This document shows, in pieces, positions 12,229 to 23,352 of a DNA stretch of 64,000 nt. Both the position numbers and the translations under genes were made by a program. Within the stretch, counting starts at the first letter, position 1; every line of letters starts with the position of its first letter. Under the pieces are notes generated by a model that was not told where the DNA came from, searched no databases, and saw only the letters and a program-made list of their open reading frames with translations. The stretch is from positions 20,462,001 through 20,526,000 of the forward strand of contig CM059433.1 in the NCBI GenBank assembly GCA_030390025.1, written 5' to 3'. The stretch is from Squalus acanthias. Its lineage: Eukaryota.

Positions 12229-13722
12229 TAATGCTGATGCTATGTCCAGGTTGTCATCCCCATCACAAGATACACCCAATAAGGAAGAAGTGTTCTCTTT
12301 CTCATACATTGATGAGCTGCCAGTCACAGCTGAAGCGATTGGTAAGGCAACCAAACGTGACCCAATTATGTCAAAGGTGTACAATTACATAGCAAATGGA
12401 TGGCCAAACCAATACCAGAGGAAGATATCCATCCATACTTCGTTCGTAGGAATGAATTGTCAGTGGATAAAGATTTTCTCATGTGGGGAGCAAGAGTGGT
12501 TATCCCAAATAGGTTCAGGTCTAAATTGTTAGGAGATCTTCATGACCAGCACCTGGGGATGTGCTTGACCAAGAGCTTTGCACGAAGTTACTTATGGTGG
12601 CCAGCTTTAGTTAGAGTACATCGTCAGTCAGTCTACAACATGTCAATCGGTGAGCAAGAAACCACCATCAGTACCATTACAGCCATGGAAATGGCCTCCG
12701 AGAGTGTGGCAAAGGTGACATGTAGATTTTGCTGTGCTAGAAGGACAGCAATTGTTCATAGTGATAAATAGTCACTCAAAGTGGGTAGAGGTGTTTCCGA
12801 TGCAGATAATAACAAGCAAAACACTGGACAATTTGCGAAGATTGTTTTCTTCATACTGCCTCCCAGAAGAAATTGTGTCTGATAATGGGCTGCAATTTTG
12901 TTGAGAAGAGTTCACACAGTTCATGAGCAGAAACGGTGTGAAACATACCAAAGTTCCACCGTACCACCCTGCTTCAAATGGTGCAGCAGAGCACACAGTA
13001 CAAATTGTCAAACGTGCCCTCATCAAACAAATATTGGATCCAAATCCAAAGAAATGTCAGTTGTCATTGGACCACATACTGGCAAATTTTCTGATTATCC
13101 TGTCGGAATACTCCTCATACCACGACTGGTACAAAACCAGTAGAGTTGTTTCTCAAATGACAATCATGAACCAGGTTCTCGTTGTTGAAGCCAAACTTGG
13201 CACAGTCCATAGAAGAGAAACAATTAAGGCAGAAAGAGAGTCATGATAAAGGTAGAGTTAGAGAGAGAAGTGTGAAGTTGAACCAGCAGGTTAGAGTGAA
13301 GAACCATCACCATAAATGGTTAAAGTGGTCACCAGGAAGAGTAGTAAAGCTATATGGCCCTCGCATTTGGTCAAGATGTTTGATCATGGAAAGGTTAGGT
13401 TTGTCCACATTGATCATATCTTCCCTACAGATGTGGAAGGAGCTGATAGCTGGGATGATTCAATTTATTCTAATGAGTCAGATAGTCTTGCTACAAGTAG
13501 AGTACCAGTAGCAAACCCTACATCAGACATACCAGAAACAAGTCCAAGACAAAGTCAGAATTTAAGTCTGAGCCCGGGTCAGGCAGACCAACAGTCTGAA
13601 AGTGTAAAGAGTCCAAATGTAGATCAAGGTTAGCCCTTGGAGAAAAATTCTCCGCAGGCTCAGCCTAGAATGAGTCAAAATCCTACAACAAGATCTGAAA
13701 GTTCAGTTCAAGAAAGAAGGTA

Positions 13723-13982
13723 TAAGAACATAAGAAATAGGAGCAGGAGTAGGCCAGTTGGCCCCTCGAGCCTGCTCCGCCATTCAATAAGATCATGGCT
13801 GATCTGATCCTAACCGCCAATCTACTATCTATCACAGAACCATCTCCTGCATCTAACAGAATTGCACACACGAAATAGGAGCAGAATCAGGCTACACGGT
13901 CCCTGGGCCCGCTCCACTACCCACAGGGCCATGACCGATCCGAACCTAGACTCATGTCCAAATTCCTGCCCGCTCCCCGTAT
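13723..13982 (-). mobile_element. CR1-type 3' tail insertion (two tandem tail modules) in the Gypsy pol 3' end
   Basis: TAAGAACATAAGAAATAGGAGCAGGAGTAGGCC tail; removal restores ERRYPL.NRKPVVKFNL*. Confidence 0.8.
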
Positions 13983-14209
13983 CCTCTTTGAAACAGAAAA
14001 CCAGTGGTTAAGTTTAATCTGTAAATATGGAAAATAAGTCCATATCTTTTGTTTGTGTTGCAGAATTCTATAATAGAATTTGGAAACATAGAATTGGGAA
14101 ACATAAATGGGTTCCATTTGAGAAATGTGTACCAAGAGTTGTGTATACCATGCAAGTCATGTACAATGATTATTTGCTATGATTAACTTTTTCAATAAGG
14201 AGGGTGAAG

Positions 14210-14347
14210 TGTAATAGAGCCATCTGGTGGACTACTGATGTATATAATAATAAAGCCATGTGCAGTACAGTTCTTACTGTAGCCATGTTGTGCTGTTGTG
14301 AGTGTATATATATACAATATATATATGCTGTGTCTCAAGATGTTACA
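14210..14347 (+). repeat. 3' LTR (138 bp)
   Basis: Direct repeat of 8348-8469 with an expanded (TA)n; preceded by PPT. Confidence 0.95.
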
Positions 14348-14865
14348 ATAACCAGCTAGAAATGTCCTCCACTTCATTGAAGAGAGAAATGGCACTAGCC
14401 CACACACATGACAAATCTGTTTATCAGTCTTTGCTTTGACTGTAATGCTGAAAATGGAAGTGCAGATAAATAGCTTTTGTAACATGTCCAAGACTACATG
14501 AGTCGATTTATGATATATCCAGAAGCAAGTTTTCACATTCAATTCTACTTCTCTGACAATTTTAGGAACAGGGCAGGTTCGGGCTGTTTGCCCATTTTAC
14601 ATACAGTCCGTCCGATCTTACGCTCCACTGACTTCAATGGGGGGTAAAATCGGACGGGATGTGAAATGGGCCCGTTCCTGCCGGGGGAGCTAGGTTAAGA
14701 TTACGGCTAACCTGGAGGCAACATGTCTAATTGTTCAAGTTCTGGTTAGTCAAAGTATAACTGGCGTTAGGGAGTTTTGCAAATTGTGAAGTGCTTCTGA
14801 ATTTGGGCTCGAGGTGAGGAGTGCCCATAACTAATTTTTTTTTTGTTCTGCATCTGTAACAAAGT

Positions 14866-15005
14866 GTGCTGTCTCTCTCTTTTTCTATCTCTCTCTCTCT
14901 TCTCCCTCTCTCTTCATCTCTTTCTCTTCTCAACTCATTCTCTCTCCTCTCATCGTCCCCTTTTCTCTCTTCTCTCCTCGTCTCCTCTGTTTTTCTCTTT
15001 TTCTG
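14866..15005. repeat. (CT)n-rich low-complexity tract
   Basis: Composition. Confidence 0.85.
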
Positions 15006-16193
15006 GTGTGTGTTAGTAGCTGGTGTACTGCATTGGGTAAGTGGGCTGCAGAGCGCAGTTTGCAGTCATGGTGTGCATGGGAGTGGGGTGCTAGTTTGTT
15101 GAGGGATCCAGCCAGTGCAACCGAAGTTGTTGGTGCCTTTTGACCCACAGGTGATGGCTGGTCGGTGGAGGAGATGGAAGTTCTTTTTTATTTAACCAGG
15201 AAATACAATATGAAATCTGCTGCAGTGCTGCAACCCTCCTGCCACCCAGGACCCCAAGCTTTCACCAGCCGCTGCACCCCTACTTACAGCTGAACCCTAA
15301 GAGACCACTGGCCATTGCACATCCTTACCCCACCTGGGGCCAGAGTCCCAGCAGCTGCTGCATCCATCTAGGCTTTCCAGATGAAAGAGCCCTCACTACG
15401 TCCTGCAAATTGCACACTTGGCTGCCGAGCCCCCACTGGCTTCTACACCCCAACTCCCCAGCGGAAACCCGAGCCCCAACTTACCACTGCTTCCCCTTCC
15501 CTGATCCAGACCTCCAGCTGCCATCGGCCCAAGCCCCCACCGGCTGCTGACCTCCTCCTGCCACCCAGGAGCCCTGCCACTCAAGCCCCTACTGGCCAGA
15601 GTTCTGCCCACCATCCCAGGGCCTTCACTCCTTCCCTGGCCCGAGTCCAGGCCCGCATAGTCCCCCAAGCTAGTTCCGGTTTTCATTACATTCATTAAGC
15701 ACTTCAAACACTTCAAAAATTAATTTTGCAGGGCTTAACAAACATAAAATCATTTCTATTTACAGAAGGAACCCGTTTTAACAGTGTAGAATGCAGGAAC
15801 CTGAACTGGGGCTGTGAGGTTCCTGGGTGGTTGAACAGCTTGGCTGGGTGGAGTTCCTGGGTTCTGGGTGGGGATCAGCAGGAAGGGATTAGTGGCTGGT
15901 GGCAGATCAGGGTCCAGTGGGTGAGGGCTGTGGCAGCGGAGTTTCCCACAGTTATGTAGGAGAATCCCTATAAGGAATCTTGCCCCAACAAAAACAAGTT
16001 GTGGGTTCCTGCTGTCAGAGGGAAGTGGCTTTAAGTGCATTTAAGTGCTTTTAGGAATATTCAGTTGCTAATATTTTTCAAAGTGCTTGAGGAACTTAAA
16101 TCTGGTTCTTGCTGACGATAGAAATTTGTGAGAGATGAAGAGGCCAATAAGGAGTTAACTTAGGTCCTACAGCCATAGCACCACCTAACTTAG

Positions 16194-16643
16194 CTACAAG
16201 GACAGGTTGGAGAAGCTGGATTTATTTTCATTAGAGCAAAGGAGGTTGCGGGGTGATTTGATAGAGGTGTACAAGATTATGACGGGTTTGGATAGGTTAG
16301 ACGGGGAAAGGCTGTTCCCACTAGTTGATGGTACATGGACTAGGGGACACAGATTTAAGGTTTTGGGCAAGAGATACAGGGGGATGTGAGGAAAAACTTT
16401 TTTACGTAGCGAGTGGTGAGGACCTGGAACTCGCTGCCGACGGAAGTGGTGGAAGCGGAGACACTCAATGTTTTCAAGGGGAGACTGGATAGGCACTTGA
16501 GGGAAATAAACTTGCAGGGCTACGGGGATGGAGCGGGGGAATGAGACTGACTGGATTGCTCTACAGAGAGCCGGCACAGACTCGATGGGCTGAATGGCCT
16601 CCTTCTGTGCCGTTATGACTCTATGGCTCCATGACTCTATGAC
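16194..16643 (+). mobile_element. CR1 LINE 3' fragment (same subfamily as 30660-31165)
   Basis: EKLDLFSLEQRRLRGDLIEVYKIM; near-identical to 30720-31165; (CTATGA) tail. Confidence 0.93.
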
Positions 16644-16907
16644 TAAATGCTAAGTGTATTGTAAGTGCCTTGGGGTGTTTTACTATGTTAAAGGCGCTAT
16701 ATAAATATAAGTTGTTGTTGTTTGGAAAATGTAAACTTCAGCAGCTTGAACCTAATATCCAGGCATGATGGAAATAGCATGATATGACCTTCCTGTAAGC
16801 ACGGGAAATGCTTGCTATATGTTAAGTGTTTACTACATTATAGATAGACAGATAGAGATGAAAAGTTGCATGTCAGTGCATTAAAAAAATAAGTTAATAG
16901 TCACATT

Positions 16908-18126
16908 GAAAGAAAAATAGAACTTGCATTTATGTAGAACTTTTCATAACTTCAGGACGTTCCAAAGTGCTTCATAATTAATTAAACACTTTTGAAGTGT
17001 AGTCACTGTCGTAATGTGGGGAAACTGACACCATTTGCACACAGCAAGGTCCCACAAACAGCAATGTGATATTGACCAGATAATCTGTTTTCATGCTGTT
17101 AGTTGAAGGAGAAGTGTTGGCCATGACACCAGGAGAACTCCCTTGCTCTCCTTTGAAAAGCACCATGGGATCTTTTACATCTACCTGAGAGGGTAGACGG
17201 GGCCTCTGTGTCATGTTTCATCTGAAATGCAGCACCTCCAACAGTGCGGCGCTCCCGCAGTACTGCACTGAAGTGCCAACCTAGATAATGGCCTGAAAAT
17301 TAAACCTAATACACGAGAGTACACACTGTGTACTCTCGCGTATTAGATCCCGAATTGCCGGTTTCCTGCATGCACTGCGCATGTGCGGGAAACCGGCACT
17401 TCGTGAATTGAAAAGGGGGTGGTTCCTAAGTGAACTGCGTGAGCACTACAGGCTGTGCGCACGCAGTGCACTTAGTTTTTTTTTCAGCTTTGAACGCGCA
17501 GGTAAGTGGTGAAGATTTTACACACAAAGAAAGCAGGCGTAGGACCCCCTTTTAACAAGGTAAGTAGTTAATTAAGTGTTATTTTAAATTTTTTTCAACA
17601 GGTTTATCTTTTTTAGAGACTTTAAAGAAAGGTATGTTTATTTTTATAACTTTTAAAAAGATTTTAAATTTTTTCAAAAATTTAATTTTTTGTTTAAAGT
17701 GGTTAATTTATTTAACTATACTTATTTTATTAATGTGATGGCTTTTTTTAAAAATTGAATTGAGGTTTAGCTGTTCTTTTGGGGGTTTGTAATATTCATA
17801 GCTTTGACAGCTCTTGCCGTCAAAACTATGAATGAAAGATGGTGTACTGCCATTGGCTCTAACTGAATCACGTGATCCCAGAGCTCGCACGAACTAATTG
17901 CGCCTCTGGGTCACGCAAGCACTGCACAGTTCCAACAGAGAGAGCGTTTGAAACTAAAGTTCGTGTGGGCCCGGAGCAAAAAGGTAGGCACGGAGTGCGA
18001 TATCGCGGGGAATCCTTACCCCCGCGGGAACCATCCATGTTTAATTTCTGGGCCATTGTGCTCAAGTCTCTGGAGCGAACCCACAACCTTCTGACTCAGA
18101 GGTGAGTGCTACCAGTAGCTGACACT
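16908..18126 (-). mobile_element. Deu-domain SINE interrupted by a MITE
   Basis: Reverse complement of the SINE at 16908-17289 continues at 18055-18126. Confidence 0.85.
17290..18054. mobile_element. MITE family A (opposite orientation to 11200)
   Basis: TIR GGCCTGAAAATTAA / TTAATTTCTGGGCC; flanks AAT/ATT. Confidence 0.9.
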
Positions 18127-18128
18127 GT

Positions 18129-18630
18129 TGAGAAATTCTTTAAAGTTAAGTTGTCAACTTTGTGACAATTTGCAATACTATATCAACGAGAACAGTAAGT
18201 TTAGATTCTATTGATAATTTGAAGAAACAAATCTTGGAGAGTGGTAGATATTATGAGGGTCCGGAAAACTCCCTCAGAATTCTGCAACTCTTCACTAAAG
18301 AGTGTGCAGAGATTGAGTTTGCGAGTTTTTGGTACAGAAGTCTTATGTGAGACAATTCGAAAAATATATAGAGATTTATTAAAAGAACCAACAGTTGGTG
18401 AATCAGTCAATCGCAACTTTAACAATTCTAAAAAGAGAAAACATATGATCTTTTTAACAGAGAATCTTACTTTTAAATCTTAACTTCGCTACAGTATTAC
18501 AGTTCTTAAAGTTTTCTTATACAGGATATCCATCGATATCAAATACCTTTGATCCCCGAGGTACAAAGAGTTGGAGACTACGGAGCCGCCTCTGAAGCCG
18601 AGAATCGCTTTGCCCAATTAAAGCGAGTCT
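18129..18630 (-). mobile_element. Partial LTR (R/U5-like) related to 55076-56234
   Basis: 18247-18630 aligns with 55328-55716. Confidence 0.65.
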
Positions 18631-19265
18631 GATATTTCCACATGTGCTGTGCATTCGCGAAAACCTGGAACTTGCGATCTGTCAAGGTTCGCCTTGAAAG
18701 ATCCTCGGCATGCGCCCCAAAAATACTTTCGCTGGCACAGAGCACTGCCCAGAAAATGCCCACAAAACCCTTACGCCTGGTAAAAAACAGTTAAAATAAA
18801 TGTTAAATTAAAACATTTTAAATGATTAAAACGTACAAAAACATTTTAAATTGGTTTATGTAAATTTTGGCCCGGATTTAAAATGTTTAAAATTATTTTT
18901 CACAAAATTAAATTTTTATTTTAAATGCTTAATTAAAGGGACTTTTAATTAATTTTGAACATGGGAAGATTATTTTTATTTCAGCTGTGTTCATTATTTA
19001 TTTATTTGGGGATTTCTCATAAGCTGATGGGGATTCTGTTCGTCAATGGAATCCCCCTTTCTAATTGGTTGACCTGGCCCACGTGATCCCAGGGACGCTT
19101 CTCAACCGCCTGCGTCCCTGGGATCCGTGGGCCTTCACGCAGACGTGCTCCTTCAGGCCCAGGACCCGAAGACTCCGAAGCCCGGGAGCCAGCACGTACG
19201 TTTGGATCTTTTTTCGGGTCGGAGGCGTACTCCGGAGGTACACCTCCGACCGCAAATTTCGCCCC
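18631..19265. mobile_element. MITE family A relative, truncated
   Basis: GGAACTTGCGATCTGTC, CTTACGCCTGGTAAAA and ATTGG..CACGTGATCCCAGGG blocks; end GCAAATTTCGCCCC. Confidence 0.75.
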
Positions 19266-20954
19266 ATAGAATTCAAAAATTGATGGTACTCATCAGAGGT
19301 GTTAAAACTGCTGCTGTCTGTGGTTGTAAAAAAAAAAGTTGTCAAAAGCTGTGTGAACGCTGTGAATCAGTGCTTTTGCTTGTGCTTTTTGTTCTTTTAC
19401 TGACACCCTCTGAACCGCGTTGCCATCATTCACTGCTACTTTGAGCGAGTGCCCCTGAGCAACATTGCCATTTCATTCTTTCTTCTGTGCATTTAGTTTC
19501 TTGTCCTGCCATCTCTTTTTGACGTTGGATTTTTTTTGTTGTTTTATTTTTCTCATCTAGACATCTTTTATTTTCATTGTCTGCTTTTAATGCTGTCTGC
19601 GTGGTTGAGGCCTCGGCCTGGGCCTGGGGCTTGCCTTTTATTTTTAGCAATTACCTCTTCATGCTCACTGTGCTGTGTTTAACCTCTTCATTCTCTTTAC
19701 ACCTCTCCTTTATTAGTCTTTTCTGCTCGTTTTTGACAGTTTCTGTCTCATTATCACCTCATCTAGCAGCATTTTTGAAGCAGCCCCTCTCTTGGCTGCT
19801 GGAAATAATATTCGTCATTCCGTTTGGTTATTTTCTCTAAGTATTCCCATCACTTTTCCCACCCATGATCCGCTTTCTTCCATTTGAATTTCATGTTTTC
19901 TTTCAATTGCTCCACTTAATCTCTATATCTCTCATCATTTATAATTTTGCGCCTGATAACAACTGCTTCTGTTGAACCATAGCCTCAATAATTCAGTAAA
20001 CATATTGACATTCAGTCCTAGTTCCTCAGGTTTCCTCACTTACCAGCTCTCCACAGTCATCTCTCAGTGCTGCACTATCTAAGATTGCTGCCTGGAAGTT
20101 ACTGACTCTGATACCAGATTTTTATTCTTCTTCGTTCAGAATTGTGGTCGATCTTTGATTAAATGCCTACACGCTTCTCTCTGGATTTGTCTGTCTCCAT
20201 TCAGGTTCACCCTCCCTTGTAGCACTTCTTCCATTTGAACAGCTGTGAGCTACTGTAGAAAGCTGATGGTCACGCAAGGCCATGACCAGTTTAGGATCTA
20301 CAATTCCAAATGAGACATCAAGGCAAACCTAGTACCATTTTTCTTGATACAATAGATGAGCACATACATGACACTTATGAATTCTGAATTAAAGAAGGGG
20401 GAAATACTTAGAAACTGTCAGGGTCTTGAAATGGATAACATAGAAGCACTTCTCCAGAAAACACTACATCAAGCTAGGAAGTTTCTGAACCATCTGCAGG
20501 TAAATGAGGGACTAAATTCTGAGAGAAAGGTTAGGGTGACTGGAGACCATAAATAGAAATTTGTTCAACTCACAACTGTTGGATATTCTCTTTCCTTCAG
20601 TACAATAGAGACATTGGGAGTCTCTCATAACATAATAGAGCTGGAGGGTTCGTGTACCTCACACATTGTATTGGGATAATTTGGGTTAATTTAGAAGAAT
20701 AAGTTATGATTGAGTATTTCCTATCATTGTGCACATCAAGTGTTGTTCGATGGAATGCAGAGTAAATGTTAAGAATTCTGTGGATTGTGGGTTCAGGTAA
20801 GATTCCTTTGGACTGATTGATTTGAGTTTCCCAGTTTTTTTCAGCAGGTGACCCAAAACGCCAATCGGAATGGTTTAGATAACCAATAACTCAAAACTGC
20901 CACGCAAAAACTGACATACACACGAGTTTCTCTCGAAGAAAGCCATTTGCTAAG

Positions 20955-21150
20955 TCCCCCTGGTGACTCAGTGGGTGTACTGTGGTGTGGCACTAGCCTA
21001 TACAGAATAAGAAGGTGCTAGGTTCAATCTTGATATTCATTTTCATATCACTGATCCAGATGGTAATATCATAAGTCAGCTGATCTCACCTGAGGCATTG
21101 CAACATTTAGTCACTCTGTCCTTGGGCTTCGGAGAGAAAAAAATTGGTCA
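20955..21150 (+). mobile_element. Ancient tRNA-derived SINE remnant (AmnSINE2-like); similar remnant near 30050-30200
   Basis: GGTGACTCAGTGG (A box), CAGA..AGAAGGT..AGGTTCAATC (B box), GCTGATCTCA. Confidence 0.4.
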
Positions 21151-22023
21151 GAGTTACTGGTTGTTAATGCAAGTTTGCAGAAAAGTAGAAAGACCTTGGG
21201 TCAATCAAACTGGTAAAAGGGTTGTTATTTTTCACCAATGTACATTTTTGCTGGTGTTTCATTGTTTGGCATCTTCTTGACATTAATTTTCACATCACTG
21301 ATCCCGATGGCAATGATATCTGCCTCATCCATCAATACTTGTACTTTTCTTTTTACCAGAAGCACGGTTTATAACAGAAACTGTGTCGTGGATTCCAGCC
21401 ATTGACAGACCCGAATCACATTCCATATCAGTAAATGATAGCATTGCCAATAGAAGGATGCTAAATTCTGCAATTTGAACCTCATAGGCTAGACCACTGG
21501 CACTCCCAATATGGGCTGGAGCCCCTTGTGGTCCACCTTCCCTTCGCCTGTTGGCCTTGACAGATACACTCTTCCATATCCTGCTGGGATTCAATTCCCA
21601 TTATATCATGTTGTGGGGTATCAGCAGAGCCGGGATGCAGTACTGCTCTCTTCTCTCCTCTTACTCTCCAATAAAAGGAAGAGAACGTTATTATATTATA
21701 ATGCTATTTTAATGGAACAATCGGTCATAAAGAAAGAACTTGCATTTATATAGCACCTTTCATGACCTCAGGACATCCCAAAGCACTTTACAGCCAATTA
21801 AGTACTTTTAAATTGATTTGTATCCAGGGTTACATATATGATGCCGAAATTAGTTTGCTTTGACCTGTCCTACATAACCAATACAAAATCTGTTGATTAT
21901 TGCCCAAGCCAAGTCTGTTCACAATAGGATCACAGTACAACACTGTGCACCTTATGTTTTATTTCCCATAGCCATCAAAGACTACATCAGACTACATCAT
22001 ATATCATTTACACTATTTTATTT

Positions 22024-22787
22024 GGGCCAGAAATTCAGCTTTTGTCAGGTGAGTACGCGCTGTGTACTCACCCGTAAGGCCACCTGAAGTGCCGGTTTCC
22101 TGCATGCACTGCGCATGCGCGGGAAACCGGAACTTCCGTTCCCCTGAAGGAAGGGGTTCAGAAGTCGAATGCGTGCGCGGGAGAGGCTGCGCGCACGCAG
22201 CGAACTTCGTTTTTTTTTTTCAGGTTTCTCCGGGAGGGTAAGTATGGAGAAGCTGCACTTTTAAAAAGGAGGCGCAAGGCCTGTTTTTAACAAAGTAAGT
22301 GGTTAATTAATTACAATTTAAACATTTTTTCAACAAGTTTATCTTTTTTAGATACTTTAAAGAAAGGTAAGTTTATTTTTAGCACCATTAAAAAGTATAA
22401 TTAATTTTTTCAAAAATTTAAATTTTTGTTTAATGTAGTTAATTTATGTAACTTATAGTTATTTTAAAAATGTGATATTTAAAAAAAAAATTATTTGAAG
22501 TTTAAGTGTGGTTTTGGGGCCGATCTCTATTCATAGATTTGACAGGTCTTCCTGTCAAATCTATGAATGAAAATTCCGTTAGGATTGGCTCTCCATGGCC
22601 CATGTGATCCCAGGGGACGCTTCGAACTAACTGCGCCCCTGGGATATGCAAGCACTGCGCGCCGGCAGCTGGAGGAGGCCCAGGAGCCGAAGTCCTCGTG
22701 GGCCCAAAGCACAACAGCAGGCGCGGTAGGCAAGTACGCGCGCGATGCTTGCACCCGCAGGAAGCCGGAAAGCCGAATTTCTGGCCC
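22024..22787. mobile_element. MITE family A
   Basis: TIR GGGCCAGAAATTC / GAATTTCTGGCCC. Confidence 0.92.
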
Positions 22788-23174
22788 ATTATTCGTACCA
22801 TCACAATCTGTGGTATCAGTGGATGCAGTAAAAGAAAACTCATACTTAATATCAATCAAAAGAATCAAAATCATAAGCACAAAAGTAAACCTAATTATAA
22901 ACCCCATAAAATCTCAGCTTTAACTGGGCTTTGCCTTGTTACAGTATAATAAAGTAGCATTTCATGTCCCAGATTAATGGATGCATTTCGCAAGGTTAGG
23001 TTCACAGACTATGCTCAACATATAACAATTATATTGTTATGACTTTCCCTTGGTGCTGTGGTGTTGGGGAGTTCTATCTTATGCTGTGGTGCTCTAATTT
23101 CACCTCTGGGTTCTGTGTATATCAAGTATTTTCCAAACAACAGCTAACCTTGCACATACTGTAGTTTCTCTGGC

Positions 23175-23352
23175 CCATCTATCTAACCTATTCTTAAATG
23201 TTGACATGGTCTTTGCTTCAATCATTAACTCCAGCCATTCATTTTGCAGCCTCACAACCCTCTGTGCAAAAAAAGGTTTCCCCTGCTCTCTGCCCCCTAA
23301 ATCTCTTACATCTACATCCCTCATTCTAGACCCCTCAATCAGTGGAAACAAT
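23175..23352 (-). mobile_element. Old CR1 fragment interrupted by a MITE
   Basis: MFPLIEGSRMR...FFAQRVVRL.NE. Confidence 0.7.

Larger units (their letters stand above)
8643..14024 (+). pseudogene. gag-pol polyprotein remnant (stops, frameshifts, nested insertions)
   Basis: Zinc knuckles CYRC..H and CFYCKKTGHLAKAC; protease DIGAS; RT YLDD; RNase H CDASPYGIGAV; integrase SDNG and PYHPASNGAAE. Confidence 0.93.
8348..14347 (+). mobile_element. Full-length, inactivated Ty3/Gypsy LTR retrotransposon (Mag-clade-like)
   Basis: LTRs 8348-8469 and 14210-14347 (TGT...ACA); 5-bp TSD ATAAC at 8343-8347 and 14348-14352; PBS 8474-8491; PPT AATAAGGAGGGTGAAG; gag-PR-RT-RH-IN order. Confidence 0.96.

Noticed and set aside
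14560..16090. Possible larger DNA transposon relic
   Set aside because: GC-rich, repeat-like blocks, but TIRs and TSD could not be defined with confidence
20044..20252. Minus-strand exon-like segment (TTTCTACAG ... CTG|GTAAGT)
   Set aside because: Stops in all three frames and no other support; at most a non-coding exon
21325..21753. Short overlapping ORFs in unique sequence
   Set aside because: No recognisable domain or convincing splice-site pair
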